From the NCBI RefSeq assembly GCF_963921235.1, contig NC_086097.1:234858001-234922000 (forward strand): 64,000 nucleotides of DNA, in the 5' to 3' direction. The position numbers were made by a program, and so were the translations under genes. A model generated the notes under the pieces. That model did not search any database, was not told the DNA's origin, and saw only the letters and a list, made by a program, of their open reading frames with translations. Shown here one piece after another: positions 12,654-24,530 of this stretch. The stretch comes from Mobula hypostoma (taxonomy: Eukaryota). The first letter of the stretch is position 1, and each line of letters opens with the position of its first letter.

Positions 12654-13309
12654 TGGTATAATGAAAGAGTGTTTCATTATTGGAAGCTAAGTTAGCCTTT
12701 GCAGTGTGCAGACTTCAGGAATTACATGCCCATACAAAGATTTTAAATCCTGTCTCAGGTATATGTGTACATTTTTGATGCACGGTACACAGGTCATCCA
12801 TGATAAACAGGAATGAAGTCTACCTAATAAGCACTTTTAAACTGCAAGCCCCAGGAAATGCCCCCTATTAATCTTACACAGGAGCACATGGCAGTAAATT
12901 TAACAAGGGATTCCTTCCATCAGCACTCTTTAAAATGATCTCTGTATACTACAGATTTGTTGCTGCATTATTCATTTTGGCTGCTCTTAAAATTCTATGT
13001 ATGTGGAGATTTCATGCACCTTACTGAAGTTTGAGTACTTTACAAGTCCTAATCTGGCTTTTGTTTTAGTAACTTTATGGAGCATGGAATATTTTTAAAC
13101 AATCTGCATCCAAGTTTAAACATTCTGGTGGAACTTTTTTTGAAAGCTAAGAATACTCAGAAGAATGAAAAGAGACTATGTAGAACGGGAAGTTGACAGA
13201 AGTGCTTCAGAATCAGGTTTAATACCTTTGGCATATGTCATGAAATTTGTTGCTTTTTGGCAGCAGTACAGTGCAATGCAAAATAATAAAAAGTATAACT
13301 TGTAGTAAG

Positions 13310-13324
13310 TACACACACACACAC

Positions 13325-13378
<54 letters not shown>

Positions 13379-13425
13379 TTATATATAGATAGATAGATAT
13401 GTGCACATATATGTGTGTGTGTGTG
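13310..13425. repeat. Compound (CA)n/(TA)n/(GATA)n/(GT)n microsatellite
   Basis: Directly visible. Confidence 0.95.
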
Positions 13426-13520
13426 GACTGAGGGGAGGAAGGGGCAGGGAGAGAGGAATCATAGATAGCAATAGGAGAAGGGAGAGTGAGGGACTGGGAA
13501 GCGTCAGAGAAATATCCAGT

Positions 13521-14397
13521 TTAAGATGCCGCTGATGAAGCCCAGCCATTACTTATTGGTGGCAAACAAAAAATGAACCAACTGCTTTAATAATAATACC
13601 TTTTCTGATAATGGATCACTTCAAAACATGGACAGGCGGGCAGAGTCAAGGCGTGTGAAGGTGGAGCAGATTCGAAGCAGAGCCTGCGCCTATCCATGAG
13701 AGTGTGCTAAGTCCCAAAGTTTGATTGACTTAAGTGTTGGGCCAAATTGGACAGATTGGGTATGGGCTGAGTTGTGGTAGCAGTTTGAGAGAAAGGAATG
13801 ACCCAATGTTTTGACAACTTAAGCGCTGGGTCAGATTGAGAAGGTCAGGGTGTCAGGACCAGAGGTGAGGGACAGGCCAGTTCTGTTCACTGCTCCACGA
13901 TGTTTACTCAGCTCTGCGCTGTACTGAGGTTGTGTCCTACTCCTGCTGCAATGATGCCTGGCTTCATAAATCCTCAGTTCTGAACGCTATTTGCTTACTT
14001 TTATTGTTTGAGTGATTTGTTTTTTTTTTGCTGCACGTTATGTGTTTGATGATCTGTTTTTCATGAGTTCTTTTGGGTTTCTTTATTTTACAGCTGCCTG
14101 TAAGGGGACGAATCTCAAAGTTGGATAATTATATACATACTTGGCTGTTGGCGCAGTGACATCAGCGCCAGACTCCGAAACGGAGGTTCCCGGGTTCAAA
14201 TCCAGTAGGGCCGTTCCTGAGTACGCTTTCCATCCGTGCCGAGTTGAGTATTGAGCTCGCAACTCGACCTCGTAAAATAAAGAAAATACTGTACTGCGAA
14301 ATGGCTGTGTGAGGAGTGGCGCACCACACAGTTTCTCGTTCCGCGCCTTGTAACGCATGAAAATGCCTGACGCTGGCCTGCCAGGCCTGAGTCGACG

Positions 14398-14434
<37 letters not shown>

Positions 14435-14469
14435 ACATACTTGATGATAAATTCACTTTGAACTTTGAG
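13521..14469 (+). mobile_element. Old non-autonomous retroelement with Rex-type 3' tail, split by a SINE
   Basis: Starts aagatgccgc; ends gataaattcactttgaactttga; flanks are continuous across the SINE TSD. Confidence 0.5.
14144..14432 (+). mobile_element. Young full-length tRNA-derived SINE with (TCA)12 tail
   Basis: A box TGGCGCAGTGA, B box GGTTCAAATCC, CpG-rich body, (TCA)n at 14398-14433, 11-bp TSD atacatacttg at 14133-14143 and 14433-14443. Confidence 0.9.
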
Positions 14470-14612
14470 CTTTTGTGATGATCAGTAAGTCCATTGTTTG
14501 AAAACAAGTGATCTTGCCTGATGTAAGCATCAGAGCCACCCCGGCCCCTGGTACTTCTTCTCTGCCAGCTGTCCCACATCACTTCCACTGTGCTCCACTC
14601 TCACCATTCCCA

Positions 14613-14980
14613 ACTGATAGAGGTGTACAAGATGATAAGAGGCATTGATTGTATGGATAGCCAGAGACTTTCTCCAAGGGCTGAAATGGCTACCATGAGG
14701 AGGCATAGTTTTAAGGTGCTTGGAAGTGCATACAAGGGGGATGTCAGAGGTAGGTTTTTCACACAGTGATAGGTGTATGGAATGCACTGCCAGCAAAGGT
14801 GGTGAAGGTAGATACAATAGGGTCTTTTCAGAGACTCTTAGGTAGGTACATGGAGCGTAGAAAATAGAGGGCTTCGTGATAGGGAAATTCTAGGCAGTTT
14901 CTAGAGTAGGTTACATAGTCAACACATTGTGGGCCGAAGGGCCTGTAATGTGCTGTAGATTTTCAATGTTCTATGTTCTA
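14613..14980 (+). mobile_element. 5'-truncated CR1 3' end
   Basis: LIEVYKMIRGID coding remnant; tail atgttctatgttcta. Confidence 0.85.
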
Positions 14981-15036
14981 ACTCTTTTGCTCCCACCAGA
15001 TTTACAAATTTACTCTCCACGCCACTTTGACAAAAA

Positions 15037-15114
15037 CAGTACTGTGCAAAAGACCTAGGCACTCGAGCTATATTGTATATACTGTATGGGCCGAAGACTT
15101 TTGCACAGCACTGT
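15037..15114. mobile_element. Tc1-type MITE, ~80 bp
   Basis: TIRs cagtactgtgcaaaagacctaggc and gccgaagacttttgcacagcactg; same TIR family at 31436-31512 and 49165-49193. Confidence 0.75.
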
Positions 15115-15227
15115 TTATATAATTAAATTATATAAATTGAGCAAAACGAGAGAAAAAATACTGGAACAACACACATCAAAGTTGCTGGTGAACGCAGCAG
15201 GCCAGGCAGCATCTCTAGGAAGAGGTA

Positions 15228-15265
15228 CAGTCGACGTTTCAGGCCGAGACCCTTCGTCAGGACTG
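15228..15265 (-). ncRNA. Minimal type I hammerhead ribozyme motif (minus-strand copy)
   Basis: Reverse complement reads CAGTC-CTGACGA-AGG...CCT-GAAAC-GTC^GACTG, with a 5-bp stem I. Confidence 0.8.
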
Positions 15266-15274
15266 ACTTGATGA

Positions 15275-15310
15275 AGTCCTGACGAAGGGTCTCGGCCTGA
15301 AACGTCGACT
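15275..15310 (+). ncRNA. Minimal type I hammerhead ribozyme motif
   Basis: AGTC-CTGACGA-AGG(gtctcgg)CCT-GAAA-C-GTC^GACT: stem I AGTC/GACT, CUGANGA core, stem II AGG/CCT, palindromic ACGT helix III, GUC cleavage triplet. Confidence 0.8.
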
Positions 15311-16489
15311 GCACTTCTTCCTAGAGATGTTGCCTGGCCTGCTGCGTTCACCAGCAACTTTGATGTGTGTTGCTTGAATTTCCAGCATCTGCAGAATTCC
15401 TGTTGTTTGCATTTTAAAAAGCACTGGGGTAGTGTTCATGGGTTCATTGTCCATTCAGAAATCTAATGACAGATACACTGAGTGTGTGCATTCAGGCTCC
15501 TGAACCTCTTCCTTGATGGTAGCAATCAGAAGAGCATATGTCCCCCGGGATCAATGAAGTATGACTGTGACTACGTCCTGGGTGATAGGAGTCCTTAATG
15601 ATGGATGTGGCCTTTTTGAAGCATTGATTTATTAAGGTATTCCAGATCAGCAGATGAGAGTAGATGAGAGCACTTCATCACAGCAGATGCATGTGCCATT
15701 GGCGATGGTCGTTAAAGCAGTTCACCTTGCTCTTCTTGGGCACTGGTATGATGGCTGTCCTTTTGAAGGAGGTGGGAACCACTGACTGAACAGTGAGAGA
15801 GTGAAGGTCCTTGAACACTCTCGCCAGTTAGATGTCTCGGCCTCTGAGACAGAGATCACAGGGTCACCAGATGCTGCAGGGATGCACACAGGCGTTGCTT
15901 TATAATCCCATTCAAAGTGTGAATCAAAGGCACTGAACGCATCTGGGAGTGAATCAGCACCAGATCAAGTTGCACCAAACTTTATGATTCCAGTGAATCT
16001 TTGGTCTAAAATTAAGGAAATGAAAATGACTCCTCAAGATTCTTTGTAAATTTGGAGGCAAGAGATTCTGCAGAAGCTGGAATTTCAAAGTAACCCAAAC
16101 AAAATGCTGGAGGAACTCAGCAGATGAGGCAGCATCAACGGAAATGAATAATCAGCTGATGTTACAGATCAAATCCTGTCATCAGAACAGAGAAGTAAAT
16201 ATGGATTTCTGGGAAACTTTCTCCAAATTCTCCTCCAAAAACAGAGCAAAGTATCCAAAAAAATGTGCTTTAAGTACTGCAGACAACAGGGAATCTAAAA
16301 CTATGAAATAATTAAACTGGTAGACCAAAATAAGAATTGTGCGAATAAAATGTTAGAGAAAATGAATATGAGAATCAATTAATTTACACAAATGCCTCGA
16401 GAGGAAGGACCAACTCAAAATGGAAGATAACACTGCAGAGTTCTAAGCCATTGATCTAGAGACAAGATGAGCATTGTCTGACCCACACA

Positions 16490-16706
16490 CGTACATTGAA
16501 ACATTGAAAATACAGTGAAATATATCATTCGCATCAACAGCTAACAAAATGTCAGGATGTGCTAGGGACAGCCTGCAAGTATCACCATGTTTCTAGTGCC
16601 AACATATAGTGGCATGTCCACAACGTATTCACCCTAGCGTGTATGCCTTTGGGATGTGGGAGTAAATTTGGAGTACTCGGAGGAAACCCACGCAGTCACG
16701 GGGAGT
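16490..16706 (-). mobile_element. V-SINE/HE1-like SINE remnant
   Basis: tttgggatgtgggag...ggaggaaacccacgcagtcacgggga core motif (recall). Confidence 0.5.
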
Positions 16707-16771
16707 TGGAATCCCACCATGGCAGTTGGAAATTGAAATTCAAGCAATCAAATAAATCTGGATTTTATTTT

Positions 16772-16948
16772 CGCAAACACGAGGAAATCTGCAGATGCTG
16801 GAAATTCAAGCAACATACATTAAAGTTGCTGGTGAACGCAGCAGGCCAGGCAGCATCTCTAGGAAGAGGTACAGTCAACGTTTCGGGCCAAGACCCTCTG
16901 TCAGGACTAACTGAAAGAAGAGCTAGTAAGAGATTTGAAAGTGGGAGG
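16772..16948 (-). mobile_element. Penelope-like terminal repeat with mutated hammerhead core
   Basis: Near-identical to 15167-15264 and the reverse complement of 62520-62656; core reads CTGACAG and cleavage triplet GTT. Confidence 0.88.
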
Positions 16949-16991
16949 TCAATCTAGCCAAATATTGACCATTTGACCAGTTAGGAGCAGT

Positions 16992-18926
16992 CTAATGTGA
17001 AGTCTTCTTTACCTTCTCTGCTTTCTTTAATTTCCTGCTTTAGTCAGTTTTCTGGATATAATCTTCTTTCATATTTTCCTTTGAATAATTTGGTATTAGT
17101 TAATACTAACCTATCTTTTAAAATTGTGAGAAATCAGTTTACTTATTTGAGCGTAACAATTACTAGGAATTATAAATTCCATTTTAAAGGTTTTGTTTAC
17201 ACTTCTGAATTATGTTAAGAAGGCACTTTCAAATTGGTTACCCCTCTCTTTATTGTTGTTTGGCTGAACCAATTCCATTAAAATGAATATTTTGACCAAA
17301 TTATTATATTTATTTCAGGCCATACCTGTTTTTATTCCTAAATCGTTTTTTGATTCTTTGGATTCTATTATATCTTCATATATATGGAAAAATAAAATTT
17401 CTCGATCAAATAAAGTTCACCTTCAAGAAGCTAAAAAGAATGGAGGTTTAGCCTTACCCAATTTTAGGTTTTATTACTGGGCAGTCAATATACGGAATCT
17501 TACATTTTGGTTATATTATATTAATCGAGAGGACTGTCCAGTCTGGGTTTCTTTGGAAGCTAACTCTGTTAATAAATTCTCTATCATTTCTCTTCTCAGA
17601 TCCTCAATTCCTTTATCCTTAAGCAATTTAACTGATAGTTTTTGTAGTTAAACACACTTTGAGGTTTTGGGTACAATTCAGAAAATATTTTGGTTTATTG
17701 AGTTTTTCACTTTCCAGTCCCATTTTTTTCTAACTATTTTTTAAACCTTCTATGTCTGATGTAGTTTTTAAAGAGTGGAATAGATTGGGTATTAAATATT
17801 TTAATGATTTGTTTGTTGGAGATAGTCTCTCTTCATTTGAACAACTGTCAGTTAAGTATAGCCTACCTAGAACTCACTTTTTTCGATATTTACAAATTAG
17901 AGACTTTTTGCGTTCTCAAGTACATACATTTCCTAAAAGTCCAGATAAAAAGTTACTTGATATCATTTTTAATTTGAAAGCTTTCCATAATGCATCTATA
18001 TCTAATATTTATGGTATGTTGTTGGGAATGAGAAGTATTCCTTTAGATAAAATTAAAAATCTTTGGGAACAAGATTTACAGATTTCAATTTCTGAGGACA
18101 CTTGGAATGAAATTTTTAAATTGGTTAATATCTCATCGTTATGTGCCCGTCATTCCCTTCTACAATTTAAAGTGGTTCATAAAGCCCATATGTCTAAAGA
18201 TAAGCTGTCTCATTTTTATTCAGATATATCTCCCTTTTGTGATAGATGTAATAATGGAGAAGCTTCATTAATCCATATGTTTTGGACTTGTCCGAGTCTT
18301 GAAAAATATTGGAAGGAAGTATTTCAAACTTTTTTGGTGCTTTTTAAAGTAAATTTTAAACCTAATCCTTTGACTGCCTTATTTGGTATTGTTGGAGGAA
18401 ATTATATTATTTTGGAGACACGTGATCTGCATATTTTGGCCTTTATTTCTGTTATAGCCAGGAGAGAATTGTTGCTTAAGCGGAAGGATGCCACTCTGCC
18501 TAATCATACTCATTGATTACAGGATGTTATGTCTTGCTTAAATTTGGAGAAGATTCGCTGTTCAATTTCTGAACCTGGACAAGATTTTTTTTAACATTGT
18601 GGGGCCCGTTTTTGAATTTTTTTCAAAACATTTGATTTGCTGTTAAGCCAGATATTGGCTAATAATATGTTTTACTACATGAGAAGGATTTTTTCCTTTT
18701 CTTTTTTTTTAACCTAACAGCTGTTTTTTTTCTGGTAGAGGATTTAGATTTTTTGTATAATAAAATTATCTCTTTTCAATTATTATGTTTAAATTTAATT
18801 TATATGGATATGGGGTAATTACACTTTATCTATGATTTCAATATATTGTAATCAATATATATTATATATCCTGCTGTACTCTGTATTTTTTTATGTAAGA
18901 AATTAATAAAAATATTGAAAATGAAA
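16992..18926 (+). mobile_element. 5'-truncated L1-clade LINE (second family), ORF2 3' half
   Basis: ORFs 17283-17651 (GGLALPNF) and 17752-18516 (FFRYLQIR, CDRC...HMFWTC); AATAAA and A-rich tail; TSD aggagcagt at 16983-16991 and 18927-18935. Confidence 0.9.
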
Positions 18927-19614
18927 AGGAGCAGTTTGGGATTGACAATATCCACATTATGTAACTGAAAAGAGTGTGAATGCATTCCAGATGCAAATTT
19001 AATTTAGAGTCGATAATATGGCAACCATTATCTAAACTTAAGGCTATCAGGAGGAGCAGTTACGAACATCATTTTATGTAGTTCTTAATCAAGATTGGAT
19101 AAATGGTAAAGATTCAAGATTCAAAGATCCAAAGATTCAAAAAACTTTACTGTCATTCTAACCATACATCAGCTCTGCAGGGCAGAATGAGACAGCGTTT
19201 CTCAGGGGCAGTGCAATCATAACATAACAGGGGAAAACCTAATCTTGGTGATGATGAATTCAGTCAATTTGGTGATATGTGAATATATTGATGTGATCAT
19301 GCAGTGGAGCCAGTACGGGATGAATTAAGATATAGAGAAGGAATGCAACATTTGTGGGAGTTGCATAAAAGACCAATGGCAAGTAACTATGATGTGATAG
19401 ATTGTGTAATTGTACAGATTAAACAAGTATGCTGCAAAACAGAAATATTTTTTAATGGGGACTTGCATATAGATTTGGATAATCCTCCAAGAGGAGCACA
19501 ACCTTGTTACAGTTTGGAGACATGCATGCCTCAGTAACTCAGAGAGCTATATCGCTGGAGACAGGGCTTTTTGCTTTGGCTTTTGGTGAGGTCACATGGG
19601 TAGAGACTAGACTG

Positions 19615-19890
19615 AGAGCGGTCCAACTGTCCTCCAAGTTTGGAGGGTTCAGTTTAGTGCTAACAACCATGACTGGTCAAATAAAGTTGTTACCGAAAGG
19701 GCAATCAGGAATCGTATATCCAAATGCGATGGTATTACTGAGTCTTCACTCGGGACTTGCATGACTGACAGTAGTGAAAACTGAGATGAAGCTACTGACC
19801 CAATGAGGGAGGCCATGAACACTGCTGGAGATGGAGGACCTTCATTGCTGCCCTAACTGCTAGTGGCATAACTGCTAGTGGCAGTAAAAA
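19615..19890 (+). mobile_element. Probable RTE-derived non-autonomous element
   Basis: 3' end tggaggaccttcattgctgccctaa...ggcataa resembles RTE termini (recall only). Confidence 0.35.
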
Positions 19891-20214
19891 CCAAAATTTT
19901 GACAATCAGAGCAGTTGACCAGAAAAAAAATAATTAAGTATGTGAATGCTTTCTGATTGCTTACTCCAGTTATAGATGCCATAGCCGACAAGGAGGCAGT
20001 TCATCTTGCAAGAGACTGCAGAGAGTTGTTGACAGAGCTCAGTCTCCTGTCCATGGATTCTGCCTACACGTCTCATTGCTTTGGTAAAGTAACCAGTATA
20101 ATCAAAGTCCCCTCCCACAATAAACATTCTTTCTTCTATCTCCAATCAGGAAGAAGATACAAAAGTTTGATTACATCTACCGCCAGAATCAAGGTCAGCT
20201 CCTACATCACTATT

Positions 20215-21850
20215 AAAGTAAATGTATTATCAAACGACACATATGTCACCATATACAACCCCAAGATTCATTTTCTTGTGGGCATTCACAGAAAATACAA
20301 AGAAATACAATAGAATCAGCAAAAGATAGGACACAAAAAATGGACAAATAACCAATGTGCAAAAGACAACAAACTGTACAAATACAAAAAAAAATAAGCA
20401 ATAACTATTGAGAACATGAGATGAAGAATTTTTGAAAGTTAGTCCCTGGGTTGTGAGAACAGTTCAATGTTGGGGCAAGTAAAGTTGTGAAATTATCATA
20501 ACTGATTGAAGAGCCTGATGACTGAGGGGAAATAACTATTCCTGAACCTGGTAATGTGGGTCTGAGGCTCCTGTATGTCCTTTCTGATGGTAGCAGTGAG
20601 AAGAGAGCATGGCCTGGATGTTGTGGGTCCTTGATGATGGATGATGGTTCTGTGGCAGTGCACCATGAAGATCTGCTCAATGCTGAGAGGGCTTTACCCA
20701 TGTCAGGCTGGGCTGTATCCATTAGATTTTGTAATTTTTTTCCATTCAAGAGCAATGGTGTTTTCATACCAGGCCCAGATGCAACCAGTCAATATACTGT
20801 CCACCACACATCAATAGAAGTTTGTCAAAGTTGACAATTCAGTTGAATTTTCTTTAGAAAATTCCCAGAAAGTAGAGGCAACTACCACACTTTTTTTGTG
20901 TGTCGTAGTCATAGTCATAGTCATACTTTATTGATCCGGGGGGAAATTGGTTTTCATTACAGTTGCACCATAAATAATAAATAGTAATAGAACCATAAAT
21001 AGTTAAATAGTAATATGTAAATTATGCCAGGAAATAAGTCCAGGACCAGCCTATTGGCTCAGGGTGTCTGACCCTCCAAGGGAGGAGTTGTAAAGTTTGA
21101 TGGCCACAGGCAGGAATGACTTCCTATGACGCTCAGTGCTGCATCTCGGTGGAATGAGTCTCTGGCTGAATGTACTCCTGTGCCCAACCAGTACATTATG
21201 TAGTGGATGGGAGACATTGACCAAGATGGCATGCAACTTAGACAGCATCCTCTTTTCAGACACCACCGTGAGAGAGTCCAGTTCCATCCCCACAACATCA
21301 CTGGCCTTACAAATGAGCTTGTTAATTCTGTTGGTGTCTGCTACCCTCAGCCTGCTGCCCCAGCACACAACAGCAAACAGCAACATATGTCAGGATAGAT
21401 GATCTCTGAAATGATAATACAATGAAATTTAAAGTTGCGGATCTTCTCCACCTCCAATCCTTTGGCTCATGGACTTCAGGTTTCCTCCTGCTGAAGTCAA
21501 TTGGTTTTACTGACATTGAGTGAGTGGTTGTTGTTGTGGCCAGATTTTTAATCTCGCTTTATGTGCTGATTCGTTACCACCTTTGATTTGGCCAATGACG
21601 GTGATGTCATCAGCAAACATAAATATGGCATTGGAGCAGTGCTTAACCTCACAGTCATAAGTATAAAGCAAGTAGAGCAGGGGCTAAGCACACAGCCTTG
21701 TGGTGCACATGTACTGCTGGAGATCTTGGAGGATATGTTGGTGTCAAACTAAACTGGCTGGAGACTGCGTGAGGAAATTAAGGATACCCTTGCTCAAGGA
21801 GGAATTGAGGTCAAGGTCTAGGAAGTTATTGATTAGTGTTAAGGGAATGA
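20215..21850 (-). mobile_element. Old Rex1/Babar-type LINE RT and 3' end, with nested younger copy at 20905-21382
   Basis: ORF 20405-20767 (IIKDPQHPGHALFSLLPS); tcatcagcaaac (FADD on minus) at ~21610. Confidence 0.75.
20905..21382 (-). mobile_element. Young Rex1/Babar-type LINE 3' end with AATAAA-(GACTAT)n tail
   Basis: Clean ORF 21051-21386 (SHPLH...RKSFLPVAIKLYN); (gtcata)n repeat and tttatt. Confidence 0.85.
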
Positions 21851-21855
21851 TAGTA

Positions 21856-22535
21856 TGAGGGGTGATTGATAAGTTCGTGGCCTAAGGTAGAAACATAGGC
21901 AACATCCACACTAGACCGGATAAATCCATAACCGAAGCTTTTTCTCTTCGTTTTGACCCTCCGTCCACATTGAAATGGCGTTTTCCTCCCCCAAAAACGG
22001 ATATTTTCTAAAACATTCTCCAGAGTGTTTAAATCTGAAAACACCGGTTGGGCGTTGCAGTGTGTACGGCGAAACCGGAGGTTTTGAAAAACCTGTCGTC
22101 CCTTTCATCAGTGAAGAGACTATGGCTGTAGGAAATGTTTCCAGGGTGACCCCTCTGTGTGAGTGGGGAAGATGTTGGTGGAGCCACCCGGGGGTCTGTG
22201 TGTCCGTATCTGTAGCTATTGTAGTGGAGATGAGTTATTAATTTCAACTTTTCTGCATAATCACTCAAAGAGTTGAACTGCATGTGCATGTAACGAGAGC
22301 CGTGTAACTCATCGCCTTCTACCTTAGGCCACAAACTTATCAATCACCCCTGCTGTGGACCACTTTCTGGAGGTCCAGGACACCGACTTCTACAAAGAAG
22401 GGATCCGTATGCTCCACGACCGCTGGACTAAAAGTGTGTAAATGTAGGAGGGGACCATGTTGAAAAATAAATGAGCTACGTTTTCTAAAATTGACTCCTA
22501 CTACCTTAGGCCACAAATTTATCAATCACCCCTCA
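21856..22535. mobile_element. Mariner-derived MITE with three TIR copies, transposase C-terminal remnant and nested insertion
   Basis: TA-flanked TIRs tgaggggtgattgataagttcgtggcctaaggtag (21856) and inverse ending 22535; extra TIR at ~22318-22351; FYKEGIRMLHDRWTK-(frameshift)-CVNVGGDHVEK* at ~22388-22470. Confidence 0.88.
21898..22090 (+). mobile_element. One end of a probable PIF/Harbinger-type MITE
   Basis: Starts ggcaacatccacactagaccggataaat, with internal gtccacattg / cagtgtgtacg sub-repeats; second terminus not seen. Confidence 0.45.
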
Positions 22536-22539
22536 TATT

Positions 22540-24530
22540 GAATGCAGAGCTGTAGTCAATGTAGAGCATCCTGATGTACGCATTTTCACTGTCCAGGTGT
22601 TACAAATTTGAGTGAAGAACAGATGAAATGGCATCTACTACTGACCTGTTGTGACAGGAGGCAAACTGGAGTGGATTTAAGTTGCTCCTCAGGCAGAAGT
22701 TAATATGTTTCATCACCAACCTCTCAAAACAGTCTCTCACTGTGGATATAAGTGCAACTGGATGATCCTCATTGAGGTAGCTTACCATGTTTTCGACTGA
22801 AGCCTGCTCGAAGCCGTTGGGTACTTCAGACTGCCGAAGCGATAGGTTAAAGATATCAGTGAACACTCCAGCCAGTTGATCAGCACAAGTCTTTAATGCT
22901 CAGTCAGATATCCCATCTAGCCCAGATGCTTTCCATGGATTTACTGAGCTGGAGAATGCTTTCACACCAGCCTCAGAGACCGAAATCACAGGGTCACCAG
23001 GGGCTGTGGGGGTTTATAAAGTTCCTCCATGTTTTGATGGTCAGGGCAAGTATAAAAGGCATTGAGCTCATCCGAGTGGGAAACTTTGTTGTCACCTACA
23101 GTAGGTCACTCGTTTTCACTTTGTAGGAGTTGATGGCAGTCAAGCCCTGCCCCAGCTGTTGAGTATTCTTCAGAGATTCAGGTCTGGTCTGACGTGAGAT
23201 GGCTTTTTGGAGGTCATAGCTCAACCTCTTGTATTTAACTTGGTCACCAGACCTGAATGCCACTGATCTGGCCCTCAGCAGAATTCAGTTCTCTTGATTC
23301 ATTCAGGGCTTCTAGTTGGGAAAGACTGAATGATTTTGTGCCGACACACTCGTCTACGACTGTTTTTGAAAAGTCAGTGACAACTGTGCGTATTCGTTCA
23401 GGTTCTCTGATGAGTCTTTGATCGTGCCCCAATCCACTGACTCGAAGCAATCCCAGAGACATTTCTCCTTTGTGGCCCTTATCTCTGGAGTGTTGCTTTT
23501 TAGCCTCTACTTGTAGTACAGCCAAATGTTCAGATTATCTGAAATGTGGTCTAGGGATGGAACGGTAAACATTCCTAATCATAGTCTAACTATGTATTTC
23601 CTAATCATAGGAAACCATAAAAAGGGTACAGAGGAGATTTACAAGGATGTTGTCTGGAGTGGGGAGCGTGCCTTATGAGAATAGGTTGAGTGAACTCAGC
23701 CTTTTTTCCTTGGAGCGATGGAGAGACATTGATCATGTAGATAGTAAGAGGCTTTTTCCCAGGATTGAAATGGCAGCACAAGAGGGCATAGTTTTAACGT
23801 GCTTGGAAGTAGGTACAGAGGAGATGCCAGGGGTAAGTTTTTTTACACAGAGGCTGGTGAATGCATGGAACGGGCTGCCGGCGGTGGTGGTGGAGGTGGA
23901 AATGATAGGGTCTTTTAAGAGACTCCTGGATAGGTACATGGAGCTTGGAAAAATAGAGTACTGTGGATAAGCCTAGGTAGTTCTAAGGTAAGGACATGTT
24001 CAGCACAGCTTTGTGGGCCGAAGGGCCTGTATTGTGCTGTAGGTTTTCTATGTTTATATGTTTCTAGAACGCTGTTCAAGTGTGTTGGGATCCCTTGTGC
24101 CCTTGTGCTGCAGGTAATATGTTGATAATTGGGTAAAGATTTCTTTAAACAAGACTAACTTAGTCCACAATAATGATTTAAAAGGCATTGGGCTGGCTGT
24201 TTCTTGTTTGCTAATCGCTTGACTCAATACTTCAAATGTTGCTTAGCATTGTCCTTTTATGGTATGTAAATAGCAGTTATGATAATAGAGAGGAACTCAC
24301 TTAGTGATTAGAATGTTTGGCACTTAATCATGTGATGTTCCAGGTCAGCGGAACAAGAGTGCGAATAGACCGCTATGTCCGAGCACCACAAAGAGTTTAT
24401 CATGAAACACAGACCCCCACCTTCTGCCCTCTTGAATCAGCAGTCCAGTTCATCAGGTGAACAGAGAAGCGGTCGGGTCTTACCAACGTATCCAGACTGT
24501 CTGAGGTGAGCCATGTGTCCATGAGACACA
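22540..24530 (-). mobile_element. Decayed Rex1/Babar-type LINE (EN to RT) containing a plus-strand CR1 3' end at ~23610-24066
   Basis: ORF 22600-22866 (FTDIFNLSL, CFERLV, PLQFA); ORF 23647-23970 is a CR1 C-terminus with (tttctatg) tail. Confidence 0.75.

Larger units (their letters stand above)
15167..15410. mobile_element. Young fold-back pair of Penelope-like terminal repeats
   Basis: Arms 15167-15264 and 15275-15372 are reverse complements (98 bp, 3 mismatches, 10-nt spacer); sequence matches the 3' end of the GIY-YIG element at 62560-62656. Confidence 0.92.

Noticed and set aside
12705..12758. 54-nt AG..GT segment encoding VQTSGITCPYKDFKSCL
   Set aside because: Weak donor (GTATAT) and no recognisable homology; chance level
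14144..14215. Possible tRNA gene
   Set aside because: A and B boxes are present, but it continues into a SINE body with tail and TSD, and no clear cloverleaf or Pol III terminator is seen
14162..14588. Poly-Met and poly-Asp ORFs
   Set aside because: Translations of the SINE (TCA)n tail on the minus strand, not proteins
15167..15372. pre-miRNA or MITE interpretation of the long hairpin
   Set aside because: Arms are unequal in extent and match a Penelope 3' end; better explained as a 5'-inverted retro-insertion
15153..15428. Possible TSD aaaaatactgg / aaaagcactgg around the fold-back element
   Set aside because: Low complexity, two mismatches and offset from the element ends
15086..15454. 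Repeated peptide LLVNAAGQAASLGRGTVDVSGRDPSSG (also ~16.8k, ~43k, ~62.6k)
   Set aside because: Translation of the non-coding Penelope terminal repeat, not a gene family
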